A stretch of DNA of 63,682 bases, filler included, from Octopus bimaculoides (GCF_001194135.2; 5 parts of 5 records of this genome joined end to end with filler, not necessarily neighbours in it); one strand, 5' to 3'; numbered from the whole stretch's first letter, positions 38,833 through 50,975 are shown. Made by a program: numbers and translations. Notes: generated by a model from the letters alone, not told the origin.

Positions 38833-40150
38833 GTCGTCGTCGTTTAACGTCCGCTTTCCATGCTAGCATGGGTTGGACGATTTGACTGAGGACTAGTGAA
38901 ACCAGATGGCTACACCAGGCTCCAATCTGATTTGGCAGAGTTTCTACGGCTGGATGCCCTTCCTAACGCCAACCACTCAGAGAGTGTAGTGGGTGCTTTT
39001 ACGTGTCACCCGCACAAAGGCCAGTCAGGCGCTACTGGCAATGGCCACACTCAAGATGATGTATTTTATGTGCCACCTGCACAAGAGCCAGTCCAGGGAC
39101 ACTGGCAACGATCTCGCTTGAAAATCCTATGTAGGCCAGTCAGGCGGTACTGGCAACAGCCACCCGCACAAGAGCCAGTCCAGGGGCACTGGCAACGATC
39201 TCACTCGAAAATCCTACGAAGGCCAGTCAGGCGGTACNNNNNNNNNNNNNNNNNNNNNNNNNNNNNNNNNNNNNNNNNNNNNNNNNNNNNNNNNNNNNNN
39301 NNNNNNNNNNNNNNNNNNNNNNNNNNNNNNNNNNNNNNNNNNNNNNNNNNNNNNNNNNNNNNNNNNNNNNNNNNNNNNNNNNNNNNNNNNNNNNGGTTTT
39401 CTCACGCACAGCATTTGACAGAGTATCTACAGCTGAATGCCCTTCCTAAACGCCAACCACTCAGAGAGTGTAGTGGGTGCTTTTACATGCCATCGGCATG
39501 AAGGCCAGTCAGGCGGTACTGGCAACGGCCACGCTCAAGGTGGTGTATTTTATGTGCCACCCACACAAGAGCCAGTCTAGGGGCACTGGTAACGATCTCG
39601 CTCGAAAGTCCTTACACATGCTGCGGGCACAAGTGCCAGAAAAGCGACGCTGGGCACAGGTGCTATCACGATTTCGATTTTGCTTGCCCCAGTAAGTCTT
39701 TGCAAGCTGAGTTTTGTGTTTAATGAAGGAGACGACGTTAGTATGGGTACCAGTCGTCGAATTTCACTCGGTTTCAATTTCACTTGCCTCAACAGGTCTT
39801 CGCAAGTAGAGTTTAGTATCCAATTTAACTCGATTTCGATTTCACTTGCCTCAATAGGTCTTCGCAAGTGGAGTTTCGTGTCCCAATGAAGGATATCATC
39901 ATCTTCATCATCATCATCGTTCAACGTCCGCCCTCCACGCCAGCAATGGTGGACGATCCGACTGAGGACCGGTGAAACTGGATGGCAATATATATATATA
40001 TCTGTTTACGTATTTATTGGCTAATCTCATTTGTTTCCTTGTACCACTTAAACACATGTTTGTTATCGTTTAATAAATAGATATAATGGTATGTTTACTG
40101 GCAGATGTTTGTCGATTTTATATCCTCTCCATTTTCTTATTTGCCTTATA
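38596..40150. mobile_element. Palindromic element (arms 38596-38794 and 39988-40150) split at its (TA)n centre by a family-C insertion
   Basis: The arms are reverse complements (ggcaaataagaaaatg..gacaaacatctgccagtaaacataccattatatctattt..tacgtaaacagatatata). Confidence 0.85.
38795..39987 (-). mobile_element. Long family-C copy with 87-bp internal tandem units and a duplicated terminal module
   Basis: Repeated ccagtcaggcggtactggcaac..gcacaagagccagtccagggg unit; cttcctaa(a)cgccaaccactcagagagtgtagtgggtgc appears at about 38960 and about 39445. Confidence 0.85.
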
Positions 40151-40896
40151 AATCCTGGGTATTCAATTGCAATATTGGCATGTAATAGTAAGCACTTGGT
40201 TAAAAATACGTAGGTACACATACAGTTGTATATTGGATATTTAATATCCCTTAGATGGTTTCTTAAACTCTAACTCATACAGATATATATATATATATAT
40301 ATAGTGTACGGTTCCGTGATAGTAAGATCAATGAAAAAATTACTCCATCTGGTGAGAGATGAATATTTAATAAACACAAAATATGTTTTTATGAGATACT
40401 ATTAGTTTCATGCATTGAAAGCAGCTCAGACAGCATTTTTTAATACATCTGATGCTTTAGTGCAATTCTCATGTTGTGCCCACATGGCACAAGCTAAAAA
40501 CAGAAAGAAGCAAAAGTAGAGGGGATTAGAGTTATGTCCCTTTCGACCATAAATTCATAAGGCTGAAAGGATAGTGATCTAGGGCTTGCAGTAGAGTTGC
40601 TCAATTCAGAGAGATGTGTATGTATATATATATACATAGTTTTGTCCTGGAAGTTACTTAGCGACCTTATTAGTAACCAGTAGCACAAAAAAAACCGAAC
40701 ACCTAGTACACTCTGTAAAGTGGATGGTGCTAGGAAGGGTATCCAGCCATTGAAACCTTGCTAAAGCTCAATGCAACCCTGCACCTTGCCAGACTCTATC
40801 AAACTGTGGAACCCATACTGACATGGAAAATGGACGTTAAATGATGATGATGTATATATATATGTGTGTGTATGTATATATCTATATATATATGTA

Positions 40897-40949
<53 letters not shown>

Positions 40950-41020
40950 GTAAAATATATACACATATATATATATATACAGAGAGAGAAAGATTTAGAT
41001 ATAGGTCTACGATATAGATA

Positions 41021-41215
41021 TATGATGGGGTGCTGGAAAGTTCCTGGCTTTGGGTAAAAGAAAATACAAGAGGATTAGTTAATTATGATCTTATTCAACA
41101 TATTCCACTCTCAGATTCACACACTTATTGCAGTGGTCCTTCAATTTTCCTAAGCCCTATAAAAGAACTTGGAATGTTGGACCTCCAACCAGACCTTTCA
41201 CGATACACTTAATGC
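41021..41215 (-). mobile_element. Mariner 3' end: transposase C-terminus plus terminal inverted repeat
   Basis: Minus strand ..GLGKLKDHCNKCVNLRVEYVE* (stop at 41091-3; cf. mariner RW.KCV...G.Y.E), then a terminal TA-tgatggggtgctggaaagttcc. Confidence 0.8.
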
Positions 41216-42539
41216 TAGCAACGTTTCAGCATCCTGTTGTATATGATGGAGTTTTTCAGTTCCCATCTAGAAAATTTATCCACAATATATTCATGAGTCC
41301 ATAACAAGAGAACAGTAATAGAAGGCAATTTTCCAAGGTGCTGCACATGGGAATGATTTCAAAACCATGTGGTAGGAAACGTTTTAAACACACAAAATTC
41401 ATACAAAAAAAAATTAATAAACTTATTTACTCTGAATATAGTGGACACTGTTTTATAATAAGATAAATTTCTGTTAAATTTTATTAAAAGACATAATGTT
41501 GTAGAATCCCAGAATTTTTCTCAGAACCTATTTTAGGAAGCATTAGCCCAGCAAAAAAAAAAAAACCTCTATGAAAAAGCCTATTTTGCTTTTTTTTTTA
41601 TTTATTTTATTTTTTTTTAATTTTTTTTTTTTATTGCCATCTCTTCATTTTAATGAATGATTAAGGGTTATGAAACAGCCCTATTATTCAAAATAGGATG
41701 CTTATGTTGCAGATTTTACATTGGTTGTTTATATATTTGTTTATTTTGTGTAATTATCTGTTATTCCTAAAAAGTAAGTAAGGGTGTGTCTCTAACTCTA
41801 CTGGAACTAAAAAGATTGGATTCAATTTAGGCAAAGCTAATGTTTCATTGTTACATTTGAAGTAATATGATGGTTCCATTGAACGGGAATGGTAGGGAAT
41901 TGGTTTAAGTTCCTTATAGTATTAACTTTTGTTGTCCCTAGGGGTATATAAGTTTAAGTACCATTGTGCTTCACTCCTCTGTAGTCAATAACACAGATAA
42001 TTACTAATTCAGTTAATTTATTTCAACCGGAAAATTCCAGCAAATTACAATGTGTATAATAGACAAATGAGAGAATAAAATACTCATGAGTGAAGGTTCA
42101 TGACAAATGTCAAAAGTTGTAACAAGAGTATCAAAAACCCCGTATGGCTTTTATACCCAAAGCAACAATACAACAATACAAAAAAATTAATATCTTAAAA
42201 GTTGAAGATTCTTGAATCATAACTCATGAATTTTGTCTTTTTTTTTATATATAATATAATATTATGACCTCATTGTATACAGTGCTCAGGTGCTCTACTA
42301 TGCTGGCAATTATTCAAACAATACATGCACACACACACACACACATATCAGTTTATAGGGATCGCAGATCATGGTCATTAGCATGTTAGCATCCACCATA
42401 GAACAGGATGGTGTAGAATACTCAGAGGATCATTTATAAATTAAAATATTTATTAATCAGTGTATAAAATTCACTTCATCCATTGCAAAATTTGGAATAA
42501 TTTCGATGAGATTACAAGCAGTTTATATATATGTGGCCT

Positions 42540-43241
42540 GTGTGTTTTCTGTATTCTGTTTATCATTTTGTCTACGTTTTGTTTGCAACGTCCTGTACCC
42601 AGATATGCATCTATATATACAGGTAGATGTAGGTATGTATGTACATATGCATATACTCATTTATTATTTGTATTATATATATATATATATATATNNNNNN
42701 NNNNNNNNNNNNNNNNNNNNNNNNNNNNNNNNNNNNNNNNNNNNNNNNNNNNNNNNNNNNNNNNNNNNNNNNNNNNNNNNNNNNNNNNNNNNNNNNNNNN
42801 NNNNNNNNNNNNNNNNNNNNNNNNNNNNNNNNNNNNNNNNNNNNNNNNNNNNNNNNNNNNNNNNNNNNNNNNNNNNNNNNNNNNNNNNNNNNNNNNNNNN
42901 NNNNNNNNNNNNNNNNNNNNNNNNNNNNNNNNNNNNNNNNNNNNNNNNNNNNNNNNNNNNNNNNNNNNNNNNNNNNNNNNNNNNNNNNNNNNNNNNNNNN
43001 NNNNNNNNNNNNNNNNNNNNNNNNNNNNNNNNNNNNNNNNNNNNNNNNNNNNNNNNNNNNNNNNNNNNNNNNNNNNNNNNNNNNNNNNNNNNNNNNNNNN
43101 NNNNNNNNNNNNNNNNNNNNNNNNNNNNNNNNNNNNNNNNNNNNNNNNNNNNNNNNNNNNNNNNNNNNNNNNNNNNNNNNNNNNNNNNNNNNNNNNNNNN
43201 NNNNNNNNNNNNNNNNNNNNNNNNNNNNNNNNNNNNNNNNN

Positions 43242-43295
<54 letters not shown>

Positions 43296-43879
43296 TGGGG
43301 GTAATTGACATTTTGATTAAATGTACTTGGGTAGGTTCAATCAGTTATAATTCCTTCCTGCTAAAGAAATCAATTTTATATTTGAAATTTTGCAAATGAG
43401 TTCCAGAGAAGTATTTGGTTTTAGATTAAAACAGAAATTTTCATATCGTCGCATGATGGAGTATAGAGAGAAAAATTAAGTTATGAGTTACTATATAAAC
43501 GGTCGCATATGTGAATTTAAAACCTTTGCCATAGCACTTGTAATTTGTCACTAAACAAAAGCTCACTAAAGTGGTTTGCTACAATAATAGTCTAGCACTT
43601 CATCATAGCTGTTATTTAGCTCTATATCAGAATAATCTACCTGGCTTCTTTTCAAAAAATTACATCTAAAACTACATTATCCAATGTAACCTACATTTTT
43701 TTAAAGAAAGTTGTACAGAATTTGAGGGAGATTTCACTGCTACTTTTAGCAGATCATGTAGAAGCTTCCTCTTTGGCTCATAATGGAATGGTTAGCTGTG
43801 CATGGTAGTAAAAATTAATAGCATATGTATTTATGTGATTCTCTGTGTGTATGTGTGCCAGTCTGTCTATGTGCTTACA

Positions 43880-43938
<59 letters not shown>

Positions 43939-44110
43939 CAAAGAATATATATGCATGTATACACACATATATGTACATACTTACATCTACATGTGTATAT
44001 AGATGCCTATCAGGGTACAGGACGTTAGAACAATGAACTACAGACAACGGAACGAACACATAGGAAAACAGATAGTCACTTGGAATTAATCCTTCGTCAG
44101 CTGCCTCTAT
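42540..44110. repeat. Inverted pair of a microsatellite-associated repeat (42540-42690 + / 43930-44110 -)
   Basis: aacgtcctgtaccc.gata.gcatctatata.aca.gtagatgta.gtatgta in opposite orientations. Confidence 0.75.
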
Positions 44111-44147
44111 TCTAACTAGACATTTCGAAGATAAATATATATATATA

Positions 44148-44363
44148 TACAGAGTGTCCACAGAATGTGGGTACATGGGGATTAACACATACTTTAAGAA
44201 ATTATTATTTCTTGTATTTAATTGTTTATGTTATGATTTTATTTACTCCATGTACCCACATGGGGATTAATACATACTTTAAGAAATTATTATTTCTTAT
44301 ATTTAATTGCTTATGTTACGATTTTATTTACTCCATGTAGCCAGACTTTGTGGACACCCTGTA
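44148..44363. mobile_element. Tc1-like MITE with an internal 85-bp tandem duplication
   Basis: TIRs tacagagtgtccacagaatgtgggtacatgg / ccatgtagccagactttgtggacaccctgta; duplicated units start at 44173 and 44258. Confidence 0.85.
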
Positions 44364-45080
44364 TGTATATAATCCATCTTAATATTTACTTAACCCTTAC
44401 AAGATAAACGACTCTCTCTCTCTCAGCTTGTTGTATTTGTACTAAAAAGTCAAGAAGGCATACGCCTGTCCAGTATACATATACTTTTCTCTGTTTACTC
44501 CTGATTAAGTTTTTATGACAATCTGAATAATAATATCCTTTTTCTTAACATATAACACCCATTTGAGGGTGGCGGGGTGGGGTGGTGGAGTCTTCCATAC
44601 AACGCCTTTATTTATTCTGTATATGTAGCACCCTTTTCTGTCTGTATTCTTATATTCTGTATTCTTTCTCTACATTGTAAAATTAGGTCCAACTACTTTA
44701 GTGTAATAGTATCAGCAGGTTTCATCTTCAAAGAGTCAAGAACTTTGTTATTCATATTTACAATGTGTAGAGAACTGAAGCTTCAAACATAACACAATCT
44801 TAGTTGCTGCGTATTATTATTGCTGTTGCCCAGCTAGAAGTTCAATGCTTCAATTTGTGTTGAAACCATTCAGCCATTGGTTCATTATATTTATACAGTT
44901 GGATTAGCAGTGCAGTTGAAGAGATGTTGACCAACATGTGAAGTGCCATGGATGAATGTTTATGATCTATTTAACTGTAATAGTCATTTAGTATAAACCA
45001 AAACTAGGAGCACAATTGTACCTGTGCATAGTGTAGCGTGTTGACAATAGTTATACCAAAAACATGAAAATATTTCATCA

Positions 45081-45612
45081 TAGGTGCAGGAGTGGCTGTG
45101 TGGTAAGTAACTTGCTTACCAACCACATGGTTCTGGGTTCAGTCCCACTCTGTGGCACCTTGGACAAGTGTCTTCTATTATAGCCTCAGGCCAACCAAAG
45201 CCTTGTGAGTGGATTTGGTAGACGGAAACTGAAAGAAGCTTGTCATGTATATATATATATATATATATATATNNNNNNNNNNNNNNNNNNNNNNNNNNNN
45301 NNNNNNNNNNNNNNNNNNNNNNNNNNNNNNNNNNNNNNNNNNNNNNNNNNNNNNNNNNNNNNNNNNNNNNNNNNNNNNNNNNNNNNNNNNNNNNNNNTGT
45401 GTGTGTGTGTGTGTGTGTGTTTGTCCCCCCTCCCCACCAACATTGTTTGACAGCTGATGCAGGTGTATTTACGTCCCCGTAACTTAGCGGTTTGGCAAAA
45501 GAATCTGATAGAATAAGTACTAGGCTTACAAAGAATAAGTCCTGGGGTTGATTTGCTCGACTAAAGGCGGTGCTCCAGCACCGCTGTAGTCAAATGACTG
45601 AAACAAGTAAAA
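45081..45612 (+). mobile_element. SINE family A, near full length (internal microsatellite gapped)
   Basis: Head and tail match 21535 and the reverse complement of 37128. Confidence 0.9.
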
Positions 45613-45813
45613 AAAATACAAATGCTGTTTCTTTTATTTTCATTGTCATATCATCTTTTCCTTCTTCATACCATCCTTTTTTTTTTTTCCTATGAAAGAT
45701 AAATTGTGTTAATCTTAGTTTTAAATTCTTAGAGACTAGAAAAATATTTTTTCAACAATGTCCTTCAATAAATATGTTATAAATGTTTGTAACTCCGTTT
45801 TATTTTTCATCAG

Positions 45814-46029
45814 GGTACCATATCATTGCCCGTCCCCTAGATAAAGCATCAGGTGCTGAAACAGTATCAGTACAAATAACAGTAAATTCTGAGAAACGGT
45901 ACGGATGGCAAGAAGGTTATATTGGAAATCTAGAGAAGTATGCTAATTACAAACTCACGGTTGACAGCTACACTTTGAAAGGTTCCGGCCCAGAAAGTGT
46001 GCCTATAATTGTAAGAACTTTGGAAGATT
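45814..46029 (+). CDS. sdk: Sidekick-like exon, remainder of the second FN3 domain
   Basis: ttttcatcAG acceptor 45812-3, T|GTAAGT donor at 46030; 216 nt, phase 1-1, in frame with the previous exon: GYHIIARP..GYIGNLEKYANYKLTVDSYTLKGSGPESVPIIVRTLED (FN3 L-x-x-Y-x-x-Y-x-x-x-V and G-x-G-P motifs). Confidence 0.88.
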
Positions 46030-46087
46030 GTAAGTATTTTGTCTATCACAAAACATTAAAATAATTCTTAAAATTATGTATTATGTA

Positions 46088-46129
<42 letters not shown>

Positions 46130-46289
46130 ATCTAAAGTGTCCGAAAGGCATTTTTGCTCCTTGTTGTCACCTCACCTTGTAAAAAAAATCTAAAAGTATA
46201 AACTTGTGTCACTTAAATGATTATGTGTCTCAGTTACTGAGCTTGCTTTTTATACATATATACATACATGTGCATGCACACACACTCAT

Positions 46290-46321
<32 letters not shown>

Positions 46322-47012
46322 GTTATATGTCATAATATTTCATCTCGTGAACAAAAATGTCTTTAAGGGTCATATAACTCTCGTTTTCTCTCAGTTACAA
46401 AGATTATTTTGTATTAAATGCAGGTGCAGCTGTGTGTTTAAAGAGTTTGCTTCCCTGCCATGAGGTCTTGGGTTCAGTCCCACTGCACAGCATCCATTAT
46501 AGTCCCAGACCAACCAAAGCATTGTGAATAGATTTGGTGTGCAGAAACTGAAAGAAGCCCATCATATATGTGTTTGTGTGTGTGTGTGAGCGAGCATGTG
46601 TTTGTGTGAGAAAGTGTGTGAGTGTGAGTATGTGTATATGAGTGTGTGTGTATGTGTTGTACTCTAGTCTAGACACATTTTGCTGTGGTTGTAAATGAAC
46701 AACATTTTCATTCACTTGGTATTCAAATTTCTCCCAACTTACAAACCTGGTGTTTATTTTGTGCCCAAGCTGATTCTGTTCTTAACATACACAACACATA
46801 CTCACAGGTATGATAAAAGGATAAACATTTCTATCATTCACTTGTCAGATAGTCAGTTACTTTACCTTTTTATGAACAAGAATGATATATGTGTTTGCTT
46901 CACTATGTCTCACTAAACATATCAAAAAAATTTCTCATTTTCCTATTTTTATTTTCTTAATATAATTTCATTGAATTTTTCTAAGAAAGTACATCTTGTC
47001 GATACTTTTTAG

Positions 47013-47111
47013 TTCCTGATAAAGTTGCGCATATTGGCTTCAAGAATGTCACAGATCGTTCCGTTGTAGTGATATGGAAAGCACCACTTAAGAGAAATGG
47101 TATTCTTCTAG
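47013..47111 (+). CDS. sdk: Sidekick-like exon, first third of the third FN3 domain
   Basis: tttttAG acceptor 47011-2, G|GTAAGC donor at 47112; 99 nt, phase 1-1: (F)PDKVAHIGFKNVTDRSVVVIWKAPLKRNGILLG, matching the FN3 W..P...NG...GY pattern. Confidence 0.85.
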
Positions 47112-47132
47112 GTAAGCTGACAGTGTGTTTCT

Positions 47133-47376
47133 TTAACCCTTTCCATACCAAACTGTTTGAGGACTACCCTTGGTTTAAACTGGCCATATCTGGCCTAAAT
47201 ATTCTTCTTGTTTTATGTTCAAACTTGCCAGATCTGGTTTCTCAATTCTACCCTACAATGTCACCTAAAAAATTAACAGTTGCTTCACCAAAATCTCAAA
47301 ACTATAAGACAAATTAAAACAATGTGAATAAATAAGCATTACTTGTGACAAAATAATGTGAATGCTAAAGGGTTAA
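47133..47376 (+). mobile_element. piggyBac-like MITE 21 bp downstream of the exon donor
   Basis: TTAACCCTTT ... AAAGGGTTAA ends (TTAA target, CCC termini). Confidence 0.7.
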
Positions 47377-48039
47377 AGTGACCTAATTAAAAAACTTCCC
47401 GGAAAATTTCATATTACTTTTTTTTCAAAGTTATTTTACCAACTTCTTCTTTGTTTTTCAAATGAATTGAAACAAAAGCAGCAGTGTATTTCAACAGAAA
47501 TACAGTAACAAAAGGGTTAAATAATACCTATGGGACACTACTACTATCAATGCTTTATGTACCTTAGTTGTGTTAAATTTATTTGCATAATTCATTGTTT
47601 AAGTATTATCTCTGGAGTGTCAAATTATACTGAACCTATGAAACTGTGGGACTAAAGTGGGCTGGAAGTATAGGGTCAGTGACATTATGCAAACAGCCAA
47701 GGGGCCTTGCTGAAATGAGAGGAGTATGGGAGGTCATGTGAGCAGAAGGATGACTAGTATGAGCTTCTTTTACTTTGGGGCAGTAACTCAGGACAGATAT
47801 GGTGGATATGTGAGTTGAGGGAATTTTCTGTTAGATTCTGGTCATAGGTTAGGCAAGTAGGGCTCCTATGGATATATCCTGGATGAGAAGAATTGACATA
47901 GCAAAGGCTCAAATGTTTATTAATAATAATTAAACTAAAATGAAACATTATTTTTTATTGGGGCAGGGTCAAAATTTTATGCTGATTCTTGTAAATGAAA
48001 TATAATAGAAATACATATTGTATGGAAAAGGAAATAAGA

Positions 48040-48475
48040 GCACCATCTGAGCGTGATCGTTGCCAGAGCACCAGCTGTCTGGCTTCCATGCTGGGGGCAC
48101 GTAAATAGCACCATTTGAGCATGATCGTTACCAATGTCACCTTCCTGGCACTTGTGCCAGTGGCACATGAAAAGACATTCAAGCGAGTTCGTTGCCAGTA
48201 CTGCTGGACTGGCTCCTGTGCAGGTGGCACGTGAAATACACCATTTCAAGCGTAGCCATTGCCAGTACCGCCTAACTGGCCTTCGTGCCGATGGCACGTA
48301 AAAGCACCCACTACACTCTCTGAGTGGTTGGCATTAGGAAGGGCATCCAGCCGTAGAAATTCTGCCAAATCAGATTGGAGCCTGGTGTAGCCATCTGGTT
48401 CACCAGTCCTCAGTCAAATCGTCCAACCCATGCTAGCATGGAAAGCGGATGTTAAACGATGATGATGATGATGAA
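48040..48475 (+). mobile_element. Retroposon family C, young copy
   Basis: Ends gcacccactacactctctgagtggttggcattaggaagggcatcc..cccatgctagcatggaaagcggatgttaaacgatgatgat. Confidence 0.9.
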
Positions 48476-49099
48476 CTAACTGCTCTTACAAGGTAATTCC
48501 ATAATGTAATGGAAATGTGCTCTCTCACTCATACATTGTAGCTTTAGAATTCAGCAGTGGAAAATATATTCAAATACTATCTCTTCATATGTAAAAAAAA
48601 AAAATAGCGGCAAGTTTCCCTTTGTCTAATTTTGGGTCTTTCTGAGTACATAATGAGATAGAAGCCAGAAAGCACATTGAACATAAATCTGCTTGTTTAT
48701 TTTATTCTCTTTTTTAATGATCATGTTAACATAAAGTCAGTAGTTTCATTTAATATTTATTTCCTATTCTTTTTAACTCACTGCTCTTACAGGTAACTAT
48801 CGAAGTATAAACATTGCCCACTCACCTTGCAATAAATGTTGTTTCAATTTTCTACTATAATGGCCTCATCTCATCACACCTAGTTTGATGTGTCCTACTC
48901 CTACTTCCTCTCACTAACTACTGTCCTTCATTCCCAGAACATTGGTTCTCAGGAATCTTCTCCATGCTCGTGTCTTTCTTGCAGGTATTGATCTGTAACA
49001 TTTTAAATGGAACATTAATGACATCAAACTCACCAGTCTAGGAGAGCCTGCGAGGGTCATGGGCTCTATCCCCTCCTCCAGACTGTCATTTCCTCTCAT

Positions 49100-49295
49100 C
49101 TTCTTTGTCCATTTATTCCTGGGAGGATCATGGAGGCAGAGTCCTCAATCATGCTTTCTATTAGGCCTGTCAGAAGCAACCATCTCCAATTCATCTGGTT
49201 GGATCCTCAAGCAAGACCAACCCAAGCTCATGAATATCATCCAACCGTCTTGTTTGCAGTCTGCCTCTGGTTCACCTTGCCAGTAGGTTCTCTTT
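49100..49295 (-). mobile_element. RTE-clade LINE ORF C-terminal fragment
   Basis: Minus strand R*TRGRLQTRRLDDIHEL / GWSCLRIQPDELEMVASDR, then LPP*, resembling the RTE/Expander end RPRGRPRTRW.D....LAW..LGIPPEEL..V...R..W....LLPPRP. Confidence 0.7.
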
Positions 49296-49451
49296 CAGGC
49301 TTAGCAAATAATAAACAAAAAACAATGTTTGGAATCCTTTCTTAACACTAAAATGCCAGTTGGTTTTCCTTCAGACTCAGCAAATAAAAAAAAAGTTTGG
49401 AATCTTTTCTTAACTCTAAAATGCAGACTGAATTCTCTGTTTCCATTGCAG

Positions 49452-49640
49452 GTTATACATTGAAGTACATTGAAAAAAATTCCACCGATGTAATTCCTAT
49501 GACCTTTAGTCCTCAACAGTTAAGTTACAAAATCACATCATTGAAACCAACGACAGTATACACAATTTCTGTAGCTGCACAGACAACAGTTGGCCTTGGC
49601 CCCTTCTATTCTGCAGATGTTCGTTCAGGATTTACACCAG
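49452..49640 (+). CDS. sdk: Sidekick-like exon, remainder of the third FN3 domain
   Basis: ttccattgcAG acceptor 49450-1, CAG|GTAAGA donor at 49641; 189 nt, phase 1-1: GYTLKY..YKITSLKPTTVYTISVAAQTTVGLGPFYSADVRSGFTP. The SG-x-x-P ending resembles the ISSGVPP end of Sidekick FN4. Confidence 0.88.
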
Positions 49641-50774
49641 GTAAGATGATTATATGTCTGTCTCTCTCCGACTTTTAACATAATGGCATTTATTTACTAT
49701 ATTTAAGACAATATGCATGTTGCAATGGGCCTTGCTTTATATGATCTTCACAACTGCCCATTTTAACTTTAGTTCTTTGAAATTGAATAACTAAGTCTTT
49801 GACCCATTTGACATCAACCTGCCAGAGATCACCTCTAGTCCTATGACACAAACTTCTTATTTTAAAGTGATTGAAATTAAAACCTTTTATCAAAATGTTC
49901 ATGTTAATTTATTTTACAGACACTAACTTAATATCAACAAAGTTATTTTACAAGAATTTTTCATCTTATCTTATAGCTCAAAATTGAAATGGTCAGTTAG
50001 GCTATTATTTGATAAAATGAGAAGGGTGCAAAAGTGTTAGTATGAGGGAAATGTGGTGGCATAGTGATCATGACTGATATCAGGGAAGGAGAGAACAGAG
50101 TTGTGTAAGCAATGATTATGGAGTGGCAGTAGGATGTAACATTAATACAGCTGTCATTCAGGGATACACCTGCGCACACTTTCAATCTGTCTTTCTCTCT
50201 CTCTCTCACCCTCTCTTTTTCTGTCTTTCTTCTTCTCTCTCTCTCTCTCTCTTTCTGTCTCTTGCTCTTTCTTTCTCTCTCTCTTAATCTCTCTTTAACA
50301 CACACACTCACAAATCTATAGACAGGTATTTGACAATGTTTGAACCGAAATTATCCAGAAGTAACCAAAGTACTCCTTTTTTTTTTTTTCATTTATGAGC
50401 AAATAATAAAGAAATTATTGTCTGCTAAATACTTAGTGCCAGATCACTTTTCTTTTCACAAAGACAATGTTTTAAGTCAACATTGAAGTGGAGTACCTTA
50501 TCAATTTCTTTTTTATTACTTCAAAAATTATTATCACTCATTCATCTGTTGCAAGGTTAGACAGATTTCGAAAGGGAAAATTGTTATCACTTAGTATCTT
50601 ATCCCTTTTGGTGCTGTAACTAGACATTACAATTCTGCAAATAAAAAGTTTTTAATAATTGCAATTGCTTCTCACTTTTTCATCTTGCTTAATTTTAAAG
50701 TTATGTATGGTAACTATTTTAATGTTCTGGATTTTTTTTCTAGAAGTATATGCTTCAAACATAGGAGATTGTGA

Positions 50775-50975
50775 TTCCACACAAAAATTAGGGCTAGCGT
50801 TAGGGGTTGGGTTTAGAATTTAATGTTAGGATTAGTATTATATATTTGAGGGATAAAATTAGTATTAGAGTCTTGAGTTAAGTTTTAAGGTAAGAGCTGA
50901 TGGTTAGCATTTAACGTTAGGGTTTCATATTAGGGCTTAGAATTACAATTTTGAGTTTGGGTAAAGATTAGTTTA
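50775..50975 (+). repeat. Degenerate TTAGGG-like tract
   Basis: ttagggctagcgttaggggttgggtttag..gttaggattag..gttagggtt..ttagggcttag. Confidence 0.55.

Noticed and set aside
35897-49640. Dscam-style arrays of duplicated alternative exons
   Set aside because: No second copy of any exon was seen in the introns, though gaps remain unread.
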